Shown in pieces: positions 1 to 8,907 of a stretch of DNA of 32,000 bases. The DNA is from Xylella taiwanensis (lineage in GTDB: Bacteria; Pseudomonadota; Gammaproteobacteria; Xanthomonadales; Xanthomonadaceae), in the NCBI RefSeq assembly GCF_013177435.1, contig NZ_CP053627.1, positions 990,001-1,022,000 on the forward strand. The letters run 5' to 3'. The position numbers were made by a program, and so were the translations under genes. The notes beneath the pieces were generated by a model, which did not search any database, had not been told where the DNA came from, and was given only the letters and a program-made list of their open reading frames with translations. The stretch's first letter is position 1. Each line of letters begins with the position of its first letter.

Positions 1-207
1 AAAGACGAAAGCGATCGCCACATTGGTCATCCTGGTGCGCGTGATGGCCGTGGTCATTTCAGCGTTCTGATTGTCACGCCCATGTTCGCTGGAAAAACGC
101 TGCTTGCTCGGCACCGTGCAGTTTATGCGGCGTTGGGCTCGATGATGAAGACAGATATCCACGCGCTTTCAATCGAAGCTCTGGTTGATGAAGGTGACGC
201 ACATTGA
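1..207 (+). CDS. BolA-family protein, 3' portion (start lies upstream of the window)
   Basis: Frame +1 reads KDESDRHIGHPGARDGRGHFSVLIVTPMFAGKTLLARHRAVYAALGSMMKTDIHALSIEALVDEGDAH and ends at TGA 205-207. The GHF-x-V-x-IV...F-x-G...RHR-x-VY-x-AL...IHAL pattern is the BolA signature. It is missing from the ORF track because it has no start inside the window. Confidence 0.7.
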   Translation, partial: KDESDRHIGHPGARDGRGHFSVLIVTPMFAGKTLLARHRAVYAALGSMMKTDIHALSIEALVDEGDAH

Positions 208-804
208 GCGAGTGGCGCTGGTGCTGTCCAAAGCGATTAGAGTGATTGTGGCGGTTTCAGTTTCAGGTTCAGGTTTTAGGAAAGGCAAGATGGCTATTTG
301 CATGGGTTTTACTGTCATCTTCGAATCGATTGCAGCCATTCAATCGTATGTTGGTAAAACATTTGATAATCACCAGTAGGAAACTGACTGGTGCATAGCA
401 TGCAATGCGTGAGGGTGTCGTTAAGTCGTTGATGTTACTTTTCTGGATTTTGTCTTGAAAAAATATGTCATTTCCTCGTTCGTTAACCTGCGTCTATGAG
501 TTGACAACGTGCTGGAGAATATCTACCCACTCTGCAATATCGGTAATCCGGCTTTGTTTGCATGTACTTTGTCCATCTAACTTGGGAGTACCCACTGCCA
601 AGGGGAGCGCTACCAAAGTGTCAGCATCCGTTGGCAGCCTCGCATTGTGAGGCACTTCGATAAGTACATCGTGCGTATTGTCAAGCTGTCGTTTGAGTTC
701 GGCGTAAGGGTGATTGGGTGTGGTTGTTCCGTCCAAAAGGGGAAGACGGTTGCTACGGCTTCATTTTTTATGTGATATGTAAGCCTTACGTATTGGTGGA
801 TTCA

Positions 805-2406
805 ATGAATCTGCAATTTACTTCACATTGGTTTGTTTTTCTGTTGCCAGTCGCTGGGTCGTTATTGACTTCGTGCAAACAGGAGTCCCCGTCGGCTAAG
901 CCGCAGATCATCATGATTGAAGCTAAATTGCCGCCCCGTCCTCTCAAGCCTGATCTGCCACCGCTGTTTCTGGATATTGAGCGGCGTACCTTTCAGTTTT
1001 TTTGGGACACAACCAATGAGGTGAATGGCCTGACTCCGGATCGCTATCCGTCAAGGCCGTTTGCCAGTATCGCTTCTGTCGGTTTCGCTCTGACCGCATA
1101 CCCCATCGGGATCGAAAACGGCTGGATCAGCCGAAATCAAGCGATTGATCGTACCCTGACTACGCTGAAATTCTTACGCGATGCTCCGATGGGGCCGCAG
1201 CGTAGTGGCCGTGCTGGCTACAAGGGGTTCTTCTACCACTTCCTGGACATGCAACAGGGGCATCGCTACGACAGTTGGGTCGAGTTGTCCAGTGTGGATA
1301 CTGCATTGCTGATGATGGGAGTGTTGTTTGTCGAGTCTTATTACGATGGTGAAGATGTCCGTGAGAAGGAAATTCGTCAGATTGCCGACCGGCTATATAG
1401 GCGGGTTGATTGGCCGTATTTGCAACAGCGTAAGCCGCTGATTTCGATGGGTTGGTATCCTGAGCGTGGCTTCATCGAGCATGACTGGATGGGTTACAAC
1501 GAAGCAATGATGGTCTACTTGCTAGCGTTAGGTTCGCCGACCCATCCGTTAGAACCCGTCTCCTGGATTGAATGGACACGCACCTATAACAAGGATTGGG
1601 GGGTGTTTCAGGGGCAGGAGTATCTGGCTTTCGGCCCGTTGTTTGGACATCAGTACACTCATGTCTGGGTGGATTTTCGAGATATTCAAGACCAATACAT
1701 GCGTGAGCGCGGTATTGATTATTTCCTGAATAGCCGTCGTGCTGTGCTTGCTCACCGCGATTACGCAATCGATAACCCGATGAAGTGGAAGGATTATGGC
1801 GAAAACATTTGGGGCTTGACTGCCAGCGATGGGCCGCAAAACACCACCCAGGAATACCGCGGTGAACAGCGTCAGTTTTTCCACTACCGTAGCCGTGGTG
1901 CCGGCCTGTTTGAATTCTTTGACGACGGTACGATTGCGCCAACCGCTGTGGTGGCTTCGGTTGTGTTCGCTCCTGAAGTGGTGATCCCAGCCACGCTGGA
2001 GATGCACAAGCGTTATGGTGATTTCCTATATTCCAGTTATGGGTTTCTGGACGCCTTCAATCCCAGCTTTGATTATGATATTCCCCTTAAAACAGGTCGC
2101 TTGATCCCCGGCCGTGGTTGGGTGGCCAGTGATTATATCGGCATCGACCAAGGGATCATGCTCAGCATGATTGCCAACTACCGTAACGACTTTGTCTGGA
2201 ATGTAATAAAGAAGAATAAGTATGTTCGTACTGGATTGGAGCGTGCCGGTTTTACGGGTGGCTGGCTCCAAGAGGATGAGGTACTGAGTGGGCTGCAAAA
2301 GGACGAGCGCGCTGCGGCGGCACGCTCGTTGGGCATCGCGGAGTCGCGTGCTGCGGCTGCGCAAATGCAGTCGATACCATCCTTCTCGAGTAAGAAACCG
2401 GAGTAG
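805..2406 (+). CDS. Lipoprotein, glucoamylase-like DUF3131 / GH144-type (beta-1,2-glucanase family) glycoside hydrolase
   Basis: ORF 718-2406. I place the start at ATG 805 (MNLQFTSHWFVFLLPVAGSLLTSC, signal peptide with a lipobox-like LTSC). Body motifs FFWDTTNEVNGLTPDRYP and GFFYHFLDMQQGHRYDSWVELSSVDTALLMMG resemble the 'putative glucoamylase' family now classed as GH144. The family call is from memory, not a search. Confidence 0.65.
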   Translation: MNLQFTSHWFVFLLPVAGSLLTSCKQESPSAKPQIIMIEAKLPPRPLKPDLPPLFLDIERRTFQFFWDTTNEVNGLTPDRYPSRPFASIASVGFALTAYPIGIENGWISRNQAIDRTLTTLKFLRDAPMGPQRSGRAGYKGFFYHFLDMQQGHRYDSWVELSSVDTALLMMGVLFVESYYDGEDVREKEIRQIADRLYRRVDWPYLQQRKPLISMGWYPERGFIEHDWMGYNEAMMVYLLALGSPTHPLEPVSWIEWTRTYNKDWGVFQGQEYLAFGPLFGHQYTHVWVDFRDIQDQYMRERGIDYFLNSRRAVLAHRDYAIDNPMKWKDYGENIWGLTASDGPQNTTQEYRGEQRQFFHYRSRGAGLFEFFDDGTIAPTAVVASVVFAPEVVIPATLEMHKRYGDFLYSSYGFLDAFNPSFDYDIPLKTGRLIPGRGWVASDYIGIDQGIMLSMIANYRNDFVWNVIKKNKYVRTGLERAGFTGGWLQEDEVLSGLQKDERAAAARSLGIAESRAAAAQMQSIPSFSSKKPE

Positions 2407-2409
2407 TAA

Positions 2410-3702
2410 GTGCATTCCGGTAAATGCCTGACTGGGTTGTTGCTTGGCTTGGTGATGGTTGCTTGTGGTCATGAGCCGTCCAGACACACGGTGAGGTTTT
2501 GGGCAATGGGACGTGAGGCCGAGGTGGTGGCCGGATTGGTGCGTGACTTCGAGAAGGAATATCCGGAGATTCGTGTAGACCTTCAGAGCATCCCAATGAC
2601 CGCCGCCCACGAGAAGTTGTTGACAGCATTTGCTGCAAACAGCCTTCCTGATGTGTGCCAATTAGGTAACACTTGGCTGTCAGAATTTGCGTTACTGGAT
2701 ACGCTGGAACCGTTACAGCCGTACGTGGCCAAGTCCAATGTTGTAATGCCTGCGGACTACTTCCCTGGCGTTTGGGATACCAACATCGTTGCTGACATCC
2801 TTTATGGGGTACCTTGGTATGTGGACACACGTCTGCTGTTCTACCGCAAGGATATTCTGGCGGCAGCCGGGTACAGTGGGCCTTTAACCAGTTGGGCCGA
2901 TTGGGAACGTGCGATGGCCGCGATCAAGCGCCATGTCGGCCCAGATCGTTATGCCATCTTAATGCCGCTCAATGAGTTTGAGCAGCAGCTTTCGTTGGCA
3001 TTGCAGCAGGACGATCCGTTGCTGCGTGATAACGACAATTATGGCAATTTTCGCAGTCCCGGGTTCCGTCGGGTACTGCGTTTTTACCGCAATATTTACG
3101 AGCAGAGCTGGGCACCTAAGATTTCCGAAACCCAGGTGTCTAATGTCTGGTACGAGTTCTTTAACGGCAATTATGCGTTTTACTTCTCAGGGCCGTGGAA
3201 CGTGCGCGAGTTTAAGTTGCGTCAGCCATCGGAGATGAGCGGTAAATGGGGCACGATGCCGCTGCCTGGTCCGGATGGGCTTGGCGCGGGCGTCGCTGGT
3301 GGCTCCAGCTTGGTTATTTTTAAATCTTCGCAGCGCAAACAGGCGGCTTGGCGATTAGTCGAATATCTGTCTCGGCCGCAGGTGCAGGCTCGCTTCCACA
3401 GCATCATCGGAGATTTGCCGCCGCGCCGCAGTACTTGGCGTTTTCCTGGCTTAGCCGAAGATCCGTTGGCACATGCCTTTGCAGAGCAGCTGGAGCGCGT
3501 TAAATCCACGCCCAAAGTGCTGGAGTGGGAGCGGATCGTGCAGGAGATGCGTTTGATCACCGAGCGGGTGGTACGCGGGGGTTTGGCAGAGGAGCAGGCT
3601 GTAGAGCAGCTTGATCGGCGTGTCGACAAAATTCTTGCCAAGCGTCGTTGGATCGAGGAGCAGGTCGGCAAGACGTCGCATTCTGAGAGAGTAAAGCAAT
3701 GA
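2410..3702 (+). CDS. ABC transporter extracellular solute-binding lipoprotein (CUT1 sugar family)
   Basis: 430-aa ORF with a GTG start 3 nt after the upstream stop. N-terminus GLLLGLVMVAC is lipoprotein-like. The sequence is typical of family-1 sugar-binding proteins (VRFWAMGREAEVV..., GVPWYVDTRLLFYRKD, SGPWN). Its stop overlaps the next start (ATGA at 3699-3702). Confidence 0.8.
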   Translation: MHSGKCLTGLLLGLVMVACGHEPSRHTVRFWAMGREAEVVAGLVRDFEKEYPEIRVDLQSIPMTAAHEKLLTAFAANSLPDVCQLGNTWLSEFALLDTLEPLQPYVAKSNVVMPADYFPGVWDTNIVADILYGVPWYVDTRLLFYRKDILAAAGYSGPLTSWADWERAMAAIKRHVGPDRYAILMPLNEFEQQLSLALQQDDPLLRDNDNYGNFRSPGFRRVLRFYRNIYEQSWAPKISETQVSNVWYEFFNGNYAFYFSGPWNVREFKLRQPSEMSGKWGTMPLPGPDGLGAGVAGGSSLVIFKSSQRKQAAWRLVEYLSRPQVQARFHSIIGDLPPRRSTWRFPGLAEDPLAHAFAEQLERVKSTPKVLEWERIVQEMRLITERVVRGGLAEEQAVEQLDRRVDKILAKRRWIEEQVGKTSHSERVKQ

Positions 3703-4580
3703 GGTGTGCTTCTTTAGTCGGTTGGGTGTTCGCTGCTCCTGCGGTGTTGGTGATTGGCATGTTCTTCGGTGTACCAGTGTTGATGGCGTTAGCACTCAGT
3801 TTGACCGATTTCGATTTATACGCTCTCGCCAATCCGATGTACCTGCGCTTTGTTGGCTTGAACAATTATCTGGAATTGCTGCAGACCCCGTTGTTCTGGA
3901 AGTCGCTGTGGAATACGACCTATTTTGTGCTGCTCGGTATGCCGATGTCGATTGCGGTGTCGCTGGGGGCAGCGTTGCTGTTGAATTCAAGAGCAGCACG
4001 TTTTAAGGGATTGTTCCGCACAGTTTTGTTTGCCCCGGTGGTGACTACGTTGGTTGCTGTCGCGTTGATTTGGCGTTACCTGTTTCAACTTAAGTATGGG
4101 GTGGTGAACTGGGCGCTTAATTGCGTTGGTATTCATCCAATCGACTGGTTGGGTGACCCGCATTGGGCGATGCCGATGATCATGCTGTTCGCTGTGTGGA
4201 AGAACTTTGGTTACAACATGGTGATTTTTTTGGCCGGGTTGCAGGCGATCCCACAGGATCTGTATGAAGCCGCGCGCATTGATGGAGCTTCCAAATGGCG
4301 GCAATTCCTGCATATCACATTGCCGATGCTGGGACCTGTGCTGATGGTGGTTGGGATCATCACTGTATCCGGCTACTTTCAGTTGTTTGCCGAGCCTTAT
4401 GTGATGACCCGGGGTGATCCTCTACAGAGTACGGTCAGTGTGCTGTACTTCATGTTTGAGGAGGGTTTCAAATGGTGGAACCTTGGACGTGCTTCTGCTG
4501 TCGCGTTTCTGTTGTTCTTGATCATTCTTGCGGTGACGACGTTGATGCTGTGTGTTGGACGTAGGAAAGATTTGATATGA
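3699..4580 (+). CDS. ABC sugar transporter permease (MalF/UgpA-like)
   Basis: 293-aa multi-pass hydrophobic protein carrying the EAA-loop motif LYEAARIDGASKWRQFLHITLP. ATGA overlap with the next gene at 4577-4580. Confidence 0.85.
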   Translation: MRCASLVGWVFAAPAVLVIGMFFGVPVLMALALSLTDFDLYALANPMYLRFVGLNNYLELLQTPLFWKSLWNTTYFVLLGMPMSIAVSLGAALLLNSRAARFKGLFRTVLFAPVVTTLVAVALIWRYLFQLKYGVVNWALNCVGIHPIDWLGDPHWAMPMIMLFAVWKNFGYNMVIFLAGLQAIPQDLYEAARIDGASKWRQFLHITLPMLGPVLMVVGIITVSGYFQLFAEPYVMTRGDPLQSTVSVLYFMFEEGFKWWNLGRASAVAFLLFLIILAVTTLMLCVGRRKDLI

Positions 4581-5413
4581 GCCGCGAAGTTGGGCGCACT
4601 AAGTGGAACATCCTGTTAGTCAATGGCTGTTTGTTCATGCTTGCGTTGGTGAGCCTTGCGCCCTTGCTATGGATGTTGTCTGCGTCGTTGATGCCAGCGG
4701 GCGAAGCTAGCCGCTTCCCGCCGCCATTTCTTCCGTCTGTGGTGACGTTGGCCAACTACCGTGAGTTGTTTGCACGCATTGGCATGGGGCGCTACTTCGC
4801 TAACAGCTTGCTGGTGTCGTTATCGATTACATGTGGTTCAGTACTTTTTAATACGATGGCTGGCTACGCGTTTGCCAAGCTGCGTTTTTCCGGTCGTGAA
4901 CGGGTCTTTCAGTTGCTTCTTACGGCGTTAGTGATCCCGGCACAGGTGGCCATGCTGCCGTTGTTTTTATTGATGAAACATCTGCATTTGGTCGACAGTT
5001 TCGCTGGAGTGATCATTCCAGCATTGGCGACGGTATTTGGCATTTTTCTGGTCCGGCAGTACGCGCGTGGTATTCCCAATGATCTGATCGAGGCCGCACG
5101 CATTGATGGTGCCAGCGAGATGCGGATTTTCTTCCAGATTGTTCTGCCAATGCTGAAACCGGTATTGGTGACGTTAACAACGTTTACCTTTATGACGGCT
5201 TGGAACGATTTCATGTGGCCGTTGATCGTGCTCACCGATCAGGAGCACTACACCTTGCCGGTGACGCTGGCTGCGCTCGCGCGCGAGCACGTCATGGACA
5301 TAGAAATGATGATGGCAGGAGCAGTGGTAACTGTGGTGCCGGTACTGCTGTTGTTCATGGTGTTGCAGCGTTACTACATCCAGGGTTTGTTGCTGGGGAG
5401 CGTGAAAGGGTGA
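4577..5413 (+). CDS. ABC sugar transporter permease (MalG/UgpE-like)
   Basis: 278-aa hydrophobic protein with the EAA loop LIEAARIDGASEMRIFFQIVLPMLKP. Translationally coupled to the upstream permease. Confidence 0.85.
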   Translation: MSREVGRTKWNILLVNGCLFMLALVSLAPLLWMLSASLMPAGEASRFPPPFLPSVVTLANYRELFARIGMGRYFANSLLVSLSITCGSVLFNTMAGYAFAKLRFSGRERVFQLLLTALVIPAQVAMLPLFLLMKHLHLVDSFAGVIIPALATVFGIFLVRQYARGIPNDLIEAARIDGASEMRIFFQIVLPMLKPVLVTLTTFTFMTAWNDFMWPLIVLTDQEHYTLPVTLAALAREHVMDIEMMMAGAVVTVVPVLLLFMVLQRYYIQGLLLGSVKG

Positions 5414-5418
5414 AGCGA

Positions 5419-8400
5419 ATGATACAAATCCTCAGCGTGGTCGTAGCGTGTATCTGGATATGTGCTGCCCAGGCTGAGCAGGAACAGATTTTGGATGAGT
5501 TCGAGGATGTTTCTTCCTGGAAGCTTGTGCTTTCTGATCACGTGAGTGGCACCTTGCGCCAAGTGGCAGTGGCTTCCGGGGGGTATGCACTGTGTTTGGA
5601 TTACAATTTCAATGGTGTTTCTGGTGACGTTGGTATCCGTCGTGAGCTGCCGATCCAGTACTCTGAAAATTACCAGTTCTCTTTTTTAGTGCGCGGTGAT
5701 GCGCCAGCCAATGACTTGCAATTGAAGTTGCTCGATGTGAGTGGCGACAATGTGTGGTGGGTCAATCGAACTAAGTTCGAGGCGCCACCTAATTGGACAC
5801 TGGTAAGTTATCGTAAGCGTCACATCGAAAAGGCTTGGGGCCCAGATACGGATAAAACGCTGCGCCGCAGCGCGCAGATTGAGTTCAATGTCCACAATAG
5901 CGTTGGTGGGCGTGGGAGTATCTGTTTCGACAGGCTTGCGTTGAAGGCGTTGCCTTCCCCGGATACTTCTCCGTTGACCGCTGCGGCAATTACCGACACT
6001 GCTCCAGCGCTTGAGCATCGCTTGATTGATGGCAGGCTCGATACCTTTTGGTTAAGTAGTGGAATTAAGCAGCAGACTGTCACCCTGGACATGGGGAGAC
6101 CACGGGAGATTGGGGGTGCGGTGATCGACTGGGTGCCAGGATTGCAGGCGACACGCTACACGGTCCGTGGTTCAATCGACGGTCGTCGCTGGAAGGTGCT
6201 GCGTAACGTTATTGCCGGTACTTATCCCACCCACTGGCTAGCGTTACCGGAGACTGAGGCGCGTTATGTGCGCTTCGATCTGCAGGACGGCCCGAACTGG
6301 CGTTATGGGATTAAGGAGATTCATTTACAGCCGTTAGCGTTCGCTGCGACGCCGAACGACTTTATCAAGTCTTTAGCTTCGCTTTGGCCACGTGGCAGCT
6401 TCCCACGCGGTTTTTCGGGCGAGCAGTCTTATTGGACCATCCTTGGTCTGGACGGCGGTAGCGAACAGGGGTTGATCAACACAGATGGTGCAATCGAGGC
6501 GACTAAGTCCGGTTTCAGTATTGAGCCCTTTGTGGTGATGGACGGTAACCGCTTGCTACGCTGGTCCGACGTGAGCAGTGAGCAGAGTCTGCAAGAAGGT
6601 TATCTGCCGATTCCGCGTGTGGAGTGGCGCCACGACCAAGTTAATCTACAGGTGACTGCATTCGTACAAGGTACACCTGAGCAGGCGCAAGTGGTGGCCC
6701 GCTACCAACTGCGCAACACGAGTAAGCAGGCGCGTGATTTTGCGCTTGCGCTGGCGGTACGCCCGTTCCAGGTGAATCCACCTTCGCAGTTTCTCAATAC
6801 GCCTGGTGGTATCAGTCGGATTGATCAGCTTGTGTTCAACGGTACTCAAGTCAGTGTTAACGGCAAGCCGCGCGTGTTCACTTCGCGGGCACCGGATGCG
6901 GCATTCGCCACTTCATTCGATGCCGGTATGGATGTCGTCCATCTGGCCCAAGCACCGCTGCCACATACTACTCAGGTGAATGACGATAGTGGCTTGGCGT
7001 CTGGAGTCATGTTATTTCGCTGGCATCTTCAGCCAAACGAAATTCGCGAGATCGCGGTGTTGATACCGCAAAACGGGAGCCCCGGATGGTCTAGTGGTTT
7101 TGATGCCAAACAGGCGCAGCAGCAGGTTGCGCAGATGTGGCACGACAAGCTCGATTTGGTGCGGATCGAGGTGCCTACCGAAGGTCGACCGATCGTCGAT
7201 ACCTTGCGTACCGCAATGTCGCATATGCTGATTTCGCGGGATGGGTCAAGTCTGCAACCTGGTACACGCTCTTATTCGCGTAGTTGGATCCGTGATGGTG
7301 CAATGATTTCCGAGGCTTTGCTGCGACTGGGCCGTGAAGATGTGGTGCGCGATTACATCAATTGGTTCTCACCGTATCAATTTGCTAACGGCATGGTGCC
7401 ATGTTGCGTGGATCACCGTGGTAGTGATCCGGTTCCGGAGAATGACAGTCATGGGGAGTTGATTTACACCATCGGTGCGTATTATCGCTACACAGGTGAC
7501 CGTGATTTCCTGGCGGCGATGTGGCCGCATGTCAATGCGGCGGCAGCCTATATGGACACGTTGCGTTTGAGCGAACGCACCGAGGCCCATTTCATGCGTG
7601 ATCCGGCTTTCTACGGGATGATGCCGGCGTCAATCAGCCATGAGGGCTATTCGGCCAAACCGGTACATGCGTATTGGGATAATTTTTGGGCGTTGCGTGG
7701 GTATGAAGATGCGGCGCATCTGGCGAGCGTGTTGGATAAGCCTGAGGATGCTGTGCGTTTGAGCGCTTCACGGGACGAGTTCGCCGCTGACTTGTCTGCT
7801 TCGTTGCGTTCGACGGTTCGCAATCATGGTATCGATTATCTTCCTGGATCAGCAGAACATGGTGACTTTGATGCGACCTCAACAGCGGTCGCGTTGGCGC
7901 TGGAAGGAGAACGGTCCTTACTGCCGCAGGATTTACTCGCTAATACTTTTGAGCGTTACTGGACTCAATTTGTTGAGCGCCGTGATGGCAAGCGCAAGTG
8001 GAAGGATTACACTCCGTATGAGTGGCGTAATGTTTCTGCTTTCGTGCGTTTGGATTGGCGTAACCGTGTCTGGGATGCGGCCACGTTTTTTCTCAGAGAC
8101 CGTGCGCCGCCGGCATGGAACCAGTGGGCTGAGGTTGTTTCGCACACGCCTAACGTGCCGTTCTTTGTGGGTGATCTGCCGCATGCTTGGGTTGCTTCGG
8201 ACTTTGTGCGTTCGGTACTTGACATGTTTGCCTACACACGTGAGTCCGATGCCAGTCTGGTGATTGCGGCCGGTGTACCGGTGCATTGGTTTGGAGGTGA
8301 GGGTGTGGCTTTACACGATCTGCGTACGCCTCATGGACGGCTGAGCTACCGCATTCAGGGAAGCGAGAAGCAATTACGCATTGAGCTGAAGTCTGGACTG

Positions 8401-8583
8401 CTGATGCCATCTGGCGGTGTGGTGTTCCGTTGGCCGTATGCTGGCGTACCCGGTGCGTCCAGGATTAATGGTGAAGTTGCGGCTTGGCAGGGGCGAGAAC
8501 TACGTATTTTGCGGTTGCCGGCGACGGTGGAAATTGATATGCCGGCGGCCACGCTACACCGTACCGAGCGCGTGGGGCCATGA
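5419..8583 (+). CDS. Exported multidomain protein: N-terminal beta-sandwich-like region, F5/8 type C (discoidin) domain, C-terminal glucoamylase-like (alpha/alpha)6 region
   Basis: The ORF track starts at 5200 inside the permease gene. In-frame ATG 5419 gives MIQILSVVVACIWICAAQA, a signal peptide, 5 nt after the permease stop. The discoidin-like stretch is at about 6000-6335 (RLIDGRLDTFWLSS...ATRYTVRGSIDGRRWKVL...ARYVRFDL...IKEIHL). Downstream, SYSRSWIRDGAMISEALLRLG resembles the GH15-type W-x-RD helix-barrel motif. Confidence 0.7.
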   Translation: MIQILSVVVACIWICAAQAEQEQILDEFEDVSSWKLVLSDHVSGTLRQVAVASGGYALCLDYNFNGVSGDVGIRRELPIQYSENYQFSFLVRGDAPANDLQLKLLDVSGDNVWWVNRTKFEAPPNWTLVSYRKRHIEKAWGPDTDKTLRRSAQIEFNVHNSVGGRGSICFDRLALKALPSPDTSPLTAAAITDTAPALEHRLIDGRLDTFWLSSGIKQQTVTLDMGRPREIGGAVIDWVPGLQATRYTVRGSIDGRRWKVLRNVIAGTYPTHWLALPETEARYVRFDLQDGPNWRYGIKEIHLQPLAFAATPNDFIKSLASLWPRGSFPRGFSGEQSYWTILGLDGGSEQGLINTDGAIEATKSGFSIEPFVVMDGNRLLRWSDVSSEQSLQEGYLPIPRVEWRHDQVNLQVTAFVQGTPEQAQVVARYQLRNTSKQARDFALALAVRPFQVNPPSQFLNTPGGISRIDQLVFNGTQVSVNGKPRVFTSRAPDAAFATSFDAGMDVVHLAQAPLPHTTQVNDDSGLASGVMLFRWHLQPNEIREIAVLIPQNGSPGWSSGFDAKQAQQQVAQMWHDKLDLVRIEVPTEGRPIVDTLRTAMSHMLISRDGSSLQPGTRSYSRSWIRDGAMISEALLRLGREDVVRDYINWFSPYQFANGMVPCCVDHRGSDPVPENDSHGELIYTIGAYYRYTGDRDFLAAMWPHVNAAAAYMDTLRLSERTEAHFMRDPAFYGMMPASISHEGYSAKPVHAYWDNFWALRGYEDAAHLASVLDKPEDAVRLSASRDEFAADLSASLRSTVRNHGIDYLPGSAEHGDFDATSTAVALALEGERSLLPQDLLANTFERYWTQFVERRDGKRKWKDYTPYEWRNVSAFVRLDWRNRVWDAATFFLRDRAPPAWNQWAEVVSHTPNVPFFVGDLPHAWVASDFVRSVLDMFAYTRESDASLVIAAGVPVHWFGGEGVALHDLRTPHGRLSYRIQGSEKQLRIELKSGLLMPSGGVVFRWPYAGVPGASRINGEVAAWQGRELRILRLPATVEIDMPAATLHRTERVGP

Positions 8584-8907
8584 AAAGGGTGTATCTTGGA
8601 CAAGGTGTACCTGGGTAGCGAAGTTTGTGCGTTTTGTTGTTGCTGGGGTTCTGCACGAGTGCGATGAATGGCACTAATTGATGATGGGAGCATGGGAGCG
8701 TCGCTGGTTCAACGATCCCTCTAAAAGAGGATCCACTGAAGTTTGTGTTGTTCGTGTGTCAAGTTTGGATTGACCATATGGTGCGCTTCCAGCAGTACCC
8801 ACTGGTTGTGGGTGGGGTTGAAGTTGGATCCTGACGGGTGTTGAGCCTCAGATAAGGATGGAGTGTAGATATGCAACCCTTGGTTCGTTGCGTGGCTTGG
8901 TGGCGGG

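Noticed and set aside
185-379. 64-aa ORF starting inside the BolA-family gene's 3' end
   Set aside because: It overlaps the end of a recognisable gene, has no RBS that I can see, and its sequence is not informative.
5200-5418. 73-codon N-terminal extension of the large ORF (track start 5200)
   Set aside because: The extension overlaps the permease gene in another frame and is Arg/Gly/Ala-rich. ATG 5419 sits just after the permease stop and yields a clean signal peptide.
8584-8907. Convergent 324-bp intergenic region searched for a terminator or sRNA (imperfect hairpin gatccctct-aaa-agaggatc at about 8714-8734)
   Set aside because: The stem is bulged and short with no clear U-tract, and nothing else in the region stands out.
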